Shown: positions 29,111 through 42,203 of the stretch, one piece after another
How positions within the stretch are numbered: position 1 is the first letter of the stretch
Layout: the number at the start of each line of letters is the position of its first letter
NCBI GenBank assembly: GCA_963662795.1
Contig: OY759746.1
Location: forward strand, 3,008,001-3,072,000
DNA: 64,000 nucleotides
Direction of reading: 5' to 3'
Source: Spirochaetia bacterium
GTDB lineage: Bacteria > Spirochaetota > Spirochaetia > CADAEX01
Program-made: the position numbers and the translations under genes
The notes under the pieces: generated by a model
What the model was told of the DNA's origin: nothing
Database searches by the model: none
The model's input: the letters and a program-made list of their open reading frames with translations, nothing else

Positions 29111-29197
29111 GAAGAAAAGTTCGGCATTCATGAAAAAGGGATACCGTGCTCAGGCGTTAAATGTCCTGTCTGTAATACAAATTTAGAAAGAGATTAA
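29111..29197 (+). pseudogene. 3' remnant of a small zinc-ribbon protein gene
   Basis: Frame reads EEKFGIHEKGIPCSGVKCPVCNTNLERD*; no ATG/GTG/TTG before the upstream in-frame stop at 29066-29068. Confidence 0.5.
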
Positions 29198-29205
29198 TTC
29201 TTTTT

Positions 29206-30636
29206 CTAAATTACTTCAACTTTCATCATATTAACCTTATTTGATTCAAGCAGCGGAATACCAGCCACAAAAATAACAGTATCTCCGGTTTTGATATATC
29301 CAAGTTTCAGGGCAAGTTCTTTTGCCCTTTTCAGGGTTGAGTCAGTATCTGACATATTGTCAATCAGCTCACCTTTTACCCCCCATACCATGATCAGGTG
29401 TTTTATTATTTTTTCCTTTTCAACAAAGGCGATGACAGGCGTATTTATCCGGAACCTTGAAAGCATTCTCGCTGTTTTACCTGTTTTTGTGATGACAATT
29501 ATGGCAGCTGAGTCAATATCAACTGCAAATGAACAGACTGCTCTTGTCATGTTGTTGACAAGAAAATCGCTGGAGTTTTCATCTTTATTTCTCCTCAGTC
29601 TCATCCGGTTAGTATAAAAACCTTTTTTTTCAGCTTTCCCGCAGATCCTTTTCATCATGGATACAGTTTCAACCGGGTAGTTTCCAACAGAAGTTTCACC
29701 GCTCAGCATGACAGCGTCGGTGCCGTCAAGAACTGCATTGGCTACATCGCTTGCTTCTGCCCTTGTAGGGCGCGGGGAGCTTATCATGGATTCAAGCATT
29801 TGTGTTGCAGTGATAACAGGTTTGTTCTTTTCTATGCATTTGGAAATTATCATTTTTTGAATCATCGGTACTTCTTCAGGAAGAACTTCAACTCCGAGAT
29901 CTCCACGTGCAATCATTACAGCATCGCTTTCCTCACAGATTGAATCAATATCATTAACAGCAGCAGGTCTTTCAATTTTTGCTATGACAGGTATATCTGA
30001 GGTCTTTCTGATAATAATTGATTTAAGCTCTCTTATGTCAGCGCCGCTTGTAACAAATGACATTGCGAAAAAGTCAGCTCCGATTTTTATCCCGAAATCG
30101 ATATCTTTTCTGTCTTTTTCTGTTATAAGCGGGGTTGATATTTTAGTTCCAGGAAGGTTTATTCCTTTTCTGGACTGGATCAGTCCGCCGTCAATTACTT
30201 TACATATAACATCAGTATCTGTTGTATCAATTACTTCGAGTTTGATAAGGCCGTCATTGATCAGAACCGGGTCTCCTTTTTGAACATCAGACGGAAGATT
30301 TTTATAGCTGGTTGAGACCCTCTCTCTGGTTCCTGTAATGTTTTCTGAAGTAATAATTAATTCTTCACCTTTTGATATTTCAAAAGGCTCCTTCATTTCT
30401 CCGAGTCTTAGTTTTGGTCCACAGAGGTCAGCAATAATAGGTATCGGGTACCCGATCATCTTTTCGGCCTTCCTGATGTTTTCAACAATCGCCAGTTTGC
30501 TTTCGTCGGAACCGTGTGACATGTTGATTCTTGCAATATTCATTCCGTTTCGGGCAAGTTTAATTATTGTTTCCGTTTCAGCTGAGGCCGGGCCTATTGT
30601 GCATATGATTTTTGTTTTGTTGAACAGTACCGGCAT
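29206..30636 (-). CDS. pyk: Pyruvate kinase
   Basis: TKIICTIGPAS, ARINMSHG, AKIE, MIARGDLGVE, TATQMLESM, PTRAEASD, MLSGET. Confidence 0.96.
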   Translation of the reverse strand: MPVLFNKTKIICTIGPASAETETIIKLARNGMNIARINMSHGSDESKLAIVENIRKAEKMIGYPIPIIADLCGPKLRLGEMKEPFEISKGEELIITSENITGTRERVSTSYKNLPSDVQKGDPVLINDGLIKLEVIDTTDTDVICKVIDGGLIQSRKGINLPGTKISTPLITEKDRKDIDFGIKIGADFFAMSFVTSGADIRELKSIIIRKTSDIPVIAKIERPAAVNDIDSICEESDAVMIARGDLGVEVLPEEVPMIQKMIISKCIEKNKPVITATQMLESMISSPRPTRAEASDVANAVLDGTDAVMLSGETSVGNYPVETVSMMKRICGKAEKKGFYTNRMRLRRNKDENSSDFLVNNMTRAVCSFAVDIDSAAIIVITKTGKTARMLSRFRINTPVIAFVEKEKIIKHLIMVWGVKGELIDNMSDTDSTLKRAKELALKLGYIKTGDTVIFVAGIPLLESNKVNMMKVEVI

Positions 30637-30845
30637 TAATTACTCCTGATTTTTAAATCATCATCACTATTATGTTCGGTATATTGTAATTCTTTTATCT
30701 GTTAATCGCAAATAAAATTAAAAAACCTTTCCCCCTTGAGTATAAAGATGTGGTATCCCTTTTATTTGCCTTTTTATGTATAATTACTTCCACAAAACCT
30801 GATATAACTGATATTATTGAACAAAACAGAACAGGAGCAGCAGTC

Positions 30846-31919
30846 ATGGGGAAAAAAATAATACTAAAGGCAACAGATCTGGACGGATACCTGGGCGGAA
30901 CCGATAAGGGATATCTTGCTCAGATGAATTCATATTACGAAAAAGCGACTGAAATATTCAAAACCATAGACAGCCGGAATCTTAAAAACCCTGATGACAA
31001 TGACAGAAACAATCTTATAGAGATCTTTAATAAAATGGGTGAATTCATGAAGGAAATTGTTTCAGGCGAACCCCGCATAAGGGTTTATTCCTTTGAAACG
31101 CCTGTTTCAATTCACGGCGAGGCATCGCGCCTGATTGCCAAACTTCGGGATGTCAACACCAAACACAGGGAATTTCTTTATTATACACAAAGAGCTTATG
31201 AACTTCTTTTTAACCTCTCCCTTTACGGCGGGGATCAGACTAAAAGACACTATCTTGTGGTGAAAACTCCTGTAAAAACTCCTGTTCAGAACTATGCGGT
31301 CCATAAAATACCGTATATTGATGAGGATCTTAAAAACAGCGTCATGTGCGTAATGCTCCGCGGCGCGCTCCTGCCGTCGATTATAATGTCAAAGGAAATA
31401 CAGGAATATTCTTCTGACAACTATGTAACTCCGTTTGCCCTTTTCAGGATTAAAAGGGATGATACGAAGAAAGAACATAACATGGAATATATACTTGATC
31501 TTGAGAAATCGTATTTTGACCTTGAATGCATGAATGGAAAAGACCTTATTTTCGCGGATCCGATGAACGCGACAGGGGGCAGTTTTGTCACAATAATAAA
31601 ATACCTGATGGACCAGGGGGTAAAACCCAGGTCGGTCAAATTTTTCAATGTTATCTCTTCCCTGAAAGGGACCCTCAGAATAGTAAGGGCGCTTGAAAAT
31701 GTTACAGTATATACACTCTGGATGGATCCTGTGATGAATGAACTTGCATACATTCTACCCGGGCTCGGGGATGCCGGGGACAGGCTCAACGGAGAGGATG
31801 AACCTGATTACCCGAGAAATATTATTCAGCTGATTGCTGATTACGGTTCTGTTGTCTCAGACCTTTACAGGGCGCAGATAAGGAAGATTGAGGAAACTGT
31901 ACTTTCTGCTGGAGTATAA
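30846..31919 (+). CDS. upp: Uracil phosphoribosyltransferase, long form with N-terminal extension
   Basis: MLRGAL, DPMNATGGS, YILPGLGDAGDR. Confidence 0.8.
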   Translation: MGKKIILKATDLDGYLGGTDKGYLAQMNSYYEKATEIFKTIDSRNLKNPDDNDRNNLIEIFNKMGEFMKEIVSGEPRIRVYSFETPVSIHGEASRLIAKLRDVNTKHREFLYYTQRAYELLFNLSLYGGDQTKRHYLVVKTPVKTPVQNYAVHKIPYIDEDLKNSVMCVMLRGALLPSIIMSKEIQEYSSDNYVTPFALFRIKRDDTKKEHNMEYILDLEKSYFDLECMNGKDLIFADPMNATGGSFVTIIKYLMDQGVKPRSVKFFNVISSLKGTLRIVRALENVTVYTLWMDPVMNELAYILPGLGDAGDRLNGEDEPDYPRNIIQLIADYGSVVSDLYRAQIRKIEETVLSAGV

Positions 31920-32837
31920 ATGGGTTTAGAGCTTAAAAAAATCATATTTTTTGGTTTGCTGATCCTTTTTTTGTTGACAGGCTGTGCCGGCGGCCTTTCA
32001 AGGCGTGAATCCGCAAAACTGTATTATAATCTCGGTAATGCTTATCTGGAACTCGGCGACACTGCAAAAGCTTCGGAGGCATATCTTAAAGCGCTTGAGT
32101 ATAATAAAAATATGAAAATTGCATCGTTCAATCTTGCAAAAGCTTATATGGAAGTTGAAAAATACAGCGAAGCAATAAGAATTCTTGACGGGATGCTTAA
32201 AGAGGAACCTGAGAATACAATATTGCTTTCTGCAAAAGCATATTGTGTCTACCGGTTCGGCAATTATGAAAAAGCATCAGAGTTATATGATGATGTATTA
32301 AAAATTGACCCCGGAAATATGGAAGCGCTTTACAACAGCGCTGTAATCAGGATAGACAGAGAAAACTACAGTGCTGCACTGGACAAACTCACTCTCCTGA
32401 AAGCAAAGAAAATTGAAGATGATTCAATGCTTGCAAAGATAAATTCCGCGTTCGGGGAAACATATTATAAGACTGAACAATATTCTGAAGCAATAAAGTA
32501 TCTTGATCTTATCCGGCAGAAAGAACCTGATAATATCAATAATTTAACAATGCTTTTCAATTCTTATCTCAAGACCCGGTATTTCGCATCTGTAGTTGAA
32601 ACCGGCGTTTTGCTTCTGGAAAAACAGCCTGAAAACAAAGAAATCTTATTTGATATGGCCGCTGTTTACCTGAATGAGATTGAAGATACGGAAAAGGGCA
32701 TAACCTATCTTGAAAAAGCGGTTTCAGCTGGTTTTGATGACAAAATAAGGGCAAAAGAACTTGCCTCAGCTCCGGATATAGCGGGTAAAGAGAGAATTTA
32801 TAAAATACTTCAAAATGCAAAGCTTTTAGACGATTAA
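31920..32837 (+). CDS. TPR lipoprotein
   Basis: Lipobox LTGC; YYNLGNAYLELG, ASFNLAKAY, ALYNSA. Confidence 0.85.
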   Translation: MGLELKKIIFFGLLILFLLTGCAGGLSRRESAKLYYNLGNAYLELGDTAKASEAYLKALEYNKNMKIASFNLAKAYMEVEKYSEAIRILDGMLKEEPENTILLSAKAYCVYRFGNYEKASELYDDVLKIDPGNMEALYNSAVIRIDRENYSAALDKLTLLKAKKIEDDSMLAKINSAFGETYYKTEQYSEAIKYLDLIRQKEPDNINNLTMLFNSYLKTRYFASVVETGVLLLEKQPENKEILFDMAAVYLNEIEDTEKGITYLEKAVSAGFDDKIRAKELASAPDIAGKERIYKILQNAKLLDD

Positions 32838-32886
32838 TAAAGTAAATACAGCACTACTGTCTGTATATCAAGTTCAGGAGTTTTTG

Positions 32887-33357
32887 ATGAATAAAAAGAT
32901 GATTCTGATATTGGTTTTACTGTTTTTAATATCTGCTTTTTCAGTTTTCGCGGAATCATTTGGAGAGACAAGGCTAGGGTTTGGTTTCGGGATGCCGAAT
33001 ACTGTTCTCATGTTTCAGACCGGACCTTATGATATAAAGGTCGGTTATGATTTTACAGAGGGAAGCGAATATTTCTTTCTGAATGGTTCCTATATGGTTA
33101 TTAATTCCAGGCCGATAAATGAGATCTTCAGCGGTACTCTCGGGATAGGACTTTTCGGAAAAGTCTCATTTGCCGATGAAAATGAAAATGACTTTATCGG
33201 GGGGCTTAATATTCCCATGACAGGTGAGGCGGCGCTGCTTGACGGATTCCTTGAACTGTTTGCCACTGTCGCACCTGCTGTGGAACTGTTCCCGAAACCG
33301 GTATTTACAACACGGGCTATCAGCTGGTGGATTGGTTTTTCAATCATGCTTGATTGA
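32887..33357 (+). CDS. Small exported protein, probable outer-membrane beta-barrel
   Basis: Signal peptide; alternating Gly/aromatic beta-strands (LGFGFG, LGIGLFG, LELF); C-terminal WWIGFSI. Confidence 0.5.
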   Translation: MNKKMILILVLLFLISAFSVFAESFGETRLGFGFGMPNTVLMFQTGPYDIKVGYDFTEGSEYFFLNGSYMVINSRPINEIFSGTLGIGLFGKVSFADENENDFIGGLNIPMTGEAALLDGFLELFATVAPAVELFPKPVFTTRAISWWIGFSIMLD

Positions 33358-33369
33358 TCCTCTGTGCCG

Positions 33370-34185
33370 CTATGTGTAAATAAAGTATTTTACAATACTG
33401 TTTACCGTGTCGGTTATATTGCTGAAATCAAATTTTACGCACTTTTCAGGGAATGAGGAAAATAAATAATTTTCACAATCCCTGAAGTTTTTTAATTTCT
33501 GCTGTATTGATGTTTCACCCTCTGTCGTCCTGAAAAATTCATTCCCGCAGATAAGACATCCGCTTTTTCCCTCGTAATCCGGTTCTGAAAAACTGTTGAT
33601 ATTGCCGCATTCTGTGCATATCTGGAATTTCATGTGGTCTGGCTCTGATCCGGCTTTCGGATTATTGATGATTATGCATCTGTCAAACTGGAATTTCCCC
33701 AGCATCTCCTCAATAAAGTCAATATTATTGCTGTTGCTCAGGAACATAAAATGATTTGAAAGATTCTCCGCTTTGATTTTCGCATCAATTCTTTCCATAA
33801 GCTTTTCAGGGGAGAGTGCGTTTTCAATTCTAAGCTGTTCACTCATAAAAACAGGCAGCTTCAGTACAAGAGAAAGCCGCTGTGATATCAGTTCAGTTTT
33901 AATAAATGGATTTCCTGTAATAAAGAGGTTTAGTTTTGTTTGACGTATAAATGGAAAACCTTTTTTATTGAGATCAAATATTATTTTACACTTCAATGAC
34001 CCAATGTGCATTTCTTCTATATTGTAAAATTTGCCGCATATCCCGCATTTTCCTGTCTTTTCGGTACAATCCGTACAGCAGTACAGTGTCTTTCCTTTTA
34101 AATCTGTTTCAATGTATTTACCGCAATTTACACAGTTGCTGTAAGAGATTTTTTCAGTTATTTCTGCCGTAACACTATCTGCCAT
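33370..34185 (-). CDS. Zinc-finger protein fused to a degenerate adenylate kinase-like domain
   Basis: N-terminal CVNC...CCTDC...CGIC; LFITGNPFIKTE at the P-loop position; lid-like CTECG...CLICG. Confidence 0.55.
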   Translation of the reverse strand: MADSVTAEITEKISYSNCVNCGKYIETDLKGKTLYCCTDCTEKTGKCGICGKFYNIEEMHIGSLKCKIIFDLNKKGFPFIRQTKLNLFITGNPFIKTELISQRLSLVLKLPVFMSEQLRIENALSPEKLMERIDAKIKAENLSNHFMFLSNSNNIDFIEEMLGKFQFDRCIIINNPKAGSEPDHMKFQICTECGNINSFSEPDYEGKSGCLICGNEFFRTTEGETSIQQKLKNFRDCENYLFSSFPEKCVKFDFSNITDTVNSIVKYFIYT

Positions 34186-34227
34186 GTACTAATAATATAT
34201 CTTTTTTTAAAAAAATTCTAATACGGG

Positions 34228-34349
34228 TTGACTAAAAAAAGGAAAATATATATCTTTCATTTCGCAGTCAATAAGTGATTCTTGATATTTGAAAATCAGC
34301 AAAGTAAAGAGCCAAATCTATTGACATTTTGCAGTATTAAAACTATTCT
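34228..34349 (+). promoter_or_regulatory. Tandem rrn promoters P1 and P2
   Basis: TTGACT-17-TATCTT (34228-34256) and TTGACA-17-TATTCT (34321-34349); boxA-like TGTTCTTTAAAA at 34456. Confidence 0.7.
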
Positions 34350-34589
34350 TTATATCGCTCAATAAACAATTTATATGTTTGTGAGTCTGTAGAAATATTT
34401 GTTTTAATAATCTGCATAAAATAATTACTCGAAACTATATTTGATTCGGGTATAATGTTCTTTAAAAGAAGAAGAGAAGGGACCTGAAGCGGGTCAAGAA
34501 GTAATTTTTGACAGTTTCATTTTTTTGTAAGAGTGAAGCTGGGAGAGAAACGAAATTAGAAACTATCAAGCTTAGGCTTGATGGAATAA

Positions 34590-36139
<1,550 letters not shown>

Positions 36140-36341
36140 AGAAAGGTATAAAGCTCTGCTTTTTTAAGCAGGGTAAAATAAAGTCCTTATTAAATTGAAT
36201 GTGAGCAATCACAGGAAATTAAGGTAAGGCGGCCCATATAAGCTTCAGGTCTCCCTCTTTTTTTAATATATGTATGCTGGGTATAAAATACTTGGCATAC
36301 GATGGGGTTTACCCTCTGTCACAGGGGATTGTCCCCGACTA

Positions 36342-36415
36342 GGGGGCATAGCTCAGTTGGCTAGAGCATCGGCTTTGCAAGCCGAGGGTCCAGGGTTCGA
36401 GTCCCTGTGCCTCCA
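36342..36415 (+). tRNA. tRNA-Ala(UGC) in the 16S-23S spacer
   Basis: GGGGGCA/TGCCTCC acceptor with G3-U70; anticodon loop TTTGCAA. Confidence 0.96.
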
Positions 36416-36568
36416 GAGAAAATCAGGCAGGATTTAACCATCCGTGGAAATCCCGGTAAACGGGCTAAAGCAGAAATACGCCATCAATGGCTTCGGTCTT
36501 TAAAAAGAAGATTCCTGTATGAAAGAAAAGTAGTACGGAGAATATAGAGAAGGGTTAAAAAGTAATAT

Positions 36569-39566
<2,998 letters not shown>

Positions 39567-39656
39567 ATTATTATTTAACCCTTCTTTTAATATATATTTT
39601 GCTGGAGTTATCAGGTTTTCACCTGATAACTGTGGTGAAATAAAAAATTAAATTAA

Positions 39657-39768
<112 letters not shown>

Positions 39769-39834
39769 TTTTTTTATTTATTTACACTGCTGATTTGAAT
39801 GACTGTGCTGAATATTTTACTTGAAAAGAAATGT

Positions 39835-39875
39835 AAACCTGGCTATCCCGTTACGGGCATTCCAGGTTTTTTTTT
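39835..39875 (+). terminator. rrn terminator T1
   Basis: AAACCTGG...CCCG-TTA-CGGG...CCAGGTTT followed by T9. Confidence 0.75.
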
Positions 39876-39982
39876 CATGGAGGAAAAAACCCACGTAAAC
39901 GGGGACAGCAGAGGAGGCATGGAAGCCGATAGGCTGCGAGTTCATGGTGTTCCCGTTTGCGGGATGAAAATACACAGCAATT

Positions 39983-40014
39983 AAGTCCCCCGTCATCCCG
40001 ATGGGGGCTTTTTT
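39983..40014 (+). terminator. Second terminator (rrn T2, or attenuator of the flavodoxin gene)
   Basis: AAGTCCCC...GGGGGCTT plus T6. Confidence 0.7.
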
Positions 40015-40103
40015 ATTTGGCTTTATCGGATATTATATTTCAGAAATATTAAAGCGACTCAAGACGGAGTCTGGAATAACTGTTATTTATATCAGGAGGA
40101 TTC

Positions 40104-40736
40104 ATGAAAGTTTTATTGGTTAACGGCAGCCCGCATGCTGAAGGATGCACATATACCGCGTTGAATGAAGCAGCTTCTTCTCTTGGTAAGGAAGGAATAG
40201 AAACCGAGATCTTTCAGGTTGGTAAAAAACCTATTATCGGGTGTATTGCCTGTCTTAAATGTACCGAACTCGGACGCTGTGTTTTTGTCGACAGAGTTAA
40301 TGAGTTTATAAAAATAGCAGGAGACTTTGAGGGATTTATTTTTGGCACTCCTGTCCATTATGCAGCGGCGTGCGGTGCTATAACATCTTTTATGGACAGG
40401 GCGTTCTATGCGATATCAAGATCGGGAAAGGATCATTTTTATCTGAAACCTGCTGCAGCGGTTATATCGGCAAGAAGGGCTGGAACAACGGCAACCTTTG
40501 ATCAGATTAATAAGTATTTCACTATATCACAGATGCCTGTAATCTCTTCGCGCTATTGGAACATGGTACATGGAACCACTCCGGATGAAGTAAGGCAGGA
40601 TCTTGAAGGCTTGCAGACTATGAGAATTCTTGGACGAAATATGGCGTTTTTTCTTAAGTGCAGAGAAGCAGGGCTGAAATCCGGTGTTAATTTTCCGGAA
40701 AAAGAAGAGATTGCACGCACGAATTTTATTCACTGA
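40104..40736 (+). CDS. Iron-sulfur flavoprotein / NADPH-dependent FMN reductase (flavodoxin family)
   Basis: NGSPH, CIACLKC...C, GTPVHY, SARRAG, SSRYWNMVHG. Confidence 0.9.
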   Translation: MKVLLVNGSPHAEGCTYTALNEAASSLGKEGIETEIFQVGKKPIIGCIACLKCTELGRCVFVDRVNEFIKIAGDFEGFIFGTPVHYAAACGAITSFMDRAFYAISRSGKDHFYLKPAAAVISARRAGTTATFDQINKYFTISQMPVISSRYWNMVHGTTPDEVRQDLEGLQTMRILGRNMAFFLKCREAGLKSGVNFPEKEEIARTNFIH

Positions 40737-40754
40737 TTTTTATACAGCCGCGCC

Positions 40755-40877
40755 ATTTAATGACAGCAGGCTCTTGAAGGCGGAAGGCCGTAGATACTGT
40801 TGTATTCAAGGCTGAATGGTGAGAAGCTTTTATATCACACACCGAATACGGCCTAAGTGATGCCGTTATCGTTAGAC
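40755..40877 (+). repeat. Long imperfect palindrome, attC-like
   Basis: ATTTAATGACAGC...GTTATCGTTAGAC outer arms; AGGCCGTA/TACGGCCT inner arms; ends in GTTRRRY. Confidence 0.35.
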
Positions 40878-40911
40878 AACATAGAACGGCAGACTTCCTG
40901 CCGCCGTAAAA

Positions 40912-41257
40912 CTTTACGGAATCAGCGTTAAAAATAACCTTTATCGTATTCGCTTCTATGGGCATGCTAAGCGGACTATCGGGAATACTGTTCGCCTCAT
41001 GCCTTCAGTCTGCAACCCCTACTGCCGGAACCCTTTTTAAGCTTGATCCGATCACGGTGGTATATATCTGCGGTATGCAGGATGGAGGGGGTATCGGTAA
41101 AGTAACAGGCTCTCTTATAGGGGCTCTTGTATATATCTCCCCGATGAACGCAATGAATCTTATGGGTACAGATATATCCCTTCAGTATGTAATCAGGGGT
41201 GCAGTACTGGCTGCCACTGCTATATTTGTTGTTGAAACAGGAAAAAGCACAAGGTAG
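40912..41257 (+). pseudogene. C-terminal fragment of a sugar ABC permease (XylH/GguB/MmsB type)
   Basis: ITFIVFASMGMLSGLSGILFAS.LQSATPTAG, GGIGKVTGSLIGALV, MNLMG..ISLQYVIRG; GISVK lies in another frame just upstream; N-terminal two-thirds missing. Confidence 0.75.
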
Positions 41258-41380
41258 AAAAAATACTCTAACTTAATTGCATTATCAGTACCTGCTATAA
41301 AACATCTATCATCCCTTTATTCATTGTCAGCTGGAAGAGAAGTCCTGGCTAAAGATCATTTTTATTGCCTGTGAAATCAT

Positions 41381-41998
41381 TTATCTTGAAAAGTACTCCA
41401 CAACCAGATGCATTTTTGCAACTGTATTCTGTTCATTTATATCAGGCGTTCCCTGAATAAAAAGACTTAGTTCTTCCGGGTCTGTTTTTATCCATAACGG
41501 GTTCTGTGCTGTTTTTGAAGCAATATTCGCACGGATAAGTTTTGATGCTTTTTTACCGCTTCCAAGAGTAATTCTGTCGTTAATTGAAACCCTGTAGGAT
41601 GGAATATCTACTGATTTACCGTTTACGCTGAAATTCCCGTGTGTCACCATCTGTCTTGCCTGTCCCCGGGTCCGTGCAAATCCTGAAATATAGATTATAT
41701 TGTCAAGTCTCTGTTCAAGGAGCTTTACCATGGTGTCGCCTGTCTTTCCCTTTGATGATGCCGCTTTTTTAAACAGGTTCCTCATTTGAGGTTCGGACAA
41801 GCCGTATGTGAATTTGAGTTTCTGTTTTTCAAGCAGCTGCAGGCTGTAATCACTTTTTTTCCCCCTCTGAACAGCTTTGGGATTTTTCCCGGGTGCATTC
41901 GGTTTTCTCTTTAACAGTCTGTCATATTTCTCATTACCAAAAATATTTATTCCCAGTCTTCTTACTATTTTACCTCTGGGTTTATCGTACCCTGTCAT
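41381..41998 (-). CDS. rpsD: 30S ribosomal protein S4
   Basis: SDYSLQLLEKQKLK, LEQRLDN, TRGQARQMVTHG, VNGKSVDIPSY, LVVEYFSR. Confidence 0.95.
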   Translation of the reverse strand: MTGYDKPRGKIVRRLGINIFGNEKYDRLLKRKPNAPGKNPKAVQRGKKSDYSLQLLEKQKLKFTYGLSEPQMRNLFKKAASSKGKTGDTMVKLLEQRLDNIIYISGFARTRGQARQMVTHGNFSVNGKSVDIPSYRVSINDRITLGSGKKASKLIRANIASKTAQNPLWIKTDPEELSLFIQGTPDINEQNTVAKMHLVVEYFSR

Positions 41999-42203
41999 TA
42001 TTTGCCTCTATAATTAGATATGTCTAAATATAATAGACAAAACAAATAAAAACGTCAAGAATTACCTTAATTATTAAGCTCAAATAATATCAAAAATGCA
42101 TTTTGATTTAATAAATCCTTTATATCAGGTAAAATACTGGAAAAAAAATCTTAAAAATAAAAAAAAATATTATCAATAATCAGCATATGCTATAATTTTT
42201 CAT

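Noticed and set aside
21860-30750. Searched for a duplicated tRNA-Glu 3' end (attR) and an integrase
   Set aside because: Neither found by eye, so the islet is not called a mobile element.
39947-39970. GTGTTCCCGTTTGCGGGATGAA resembles a type I-E CRISPR repeat
   Set aside because: Single copy, no spacers, no cas genes; it is one arm of a larger hairpin.
39799-39984. 61-aa ORF after the 5S gene
   Set aside because: It runs through the rrn terminator, has no RBS and no recognisable motif.
41381-41998. rpsD lies outside the alpha ribosomal operon
   Set aside because: A stand-alone rpsD with this N-terminus is, to my knowledge, normal for spirochaetes.
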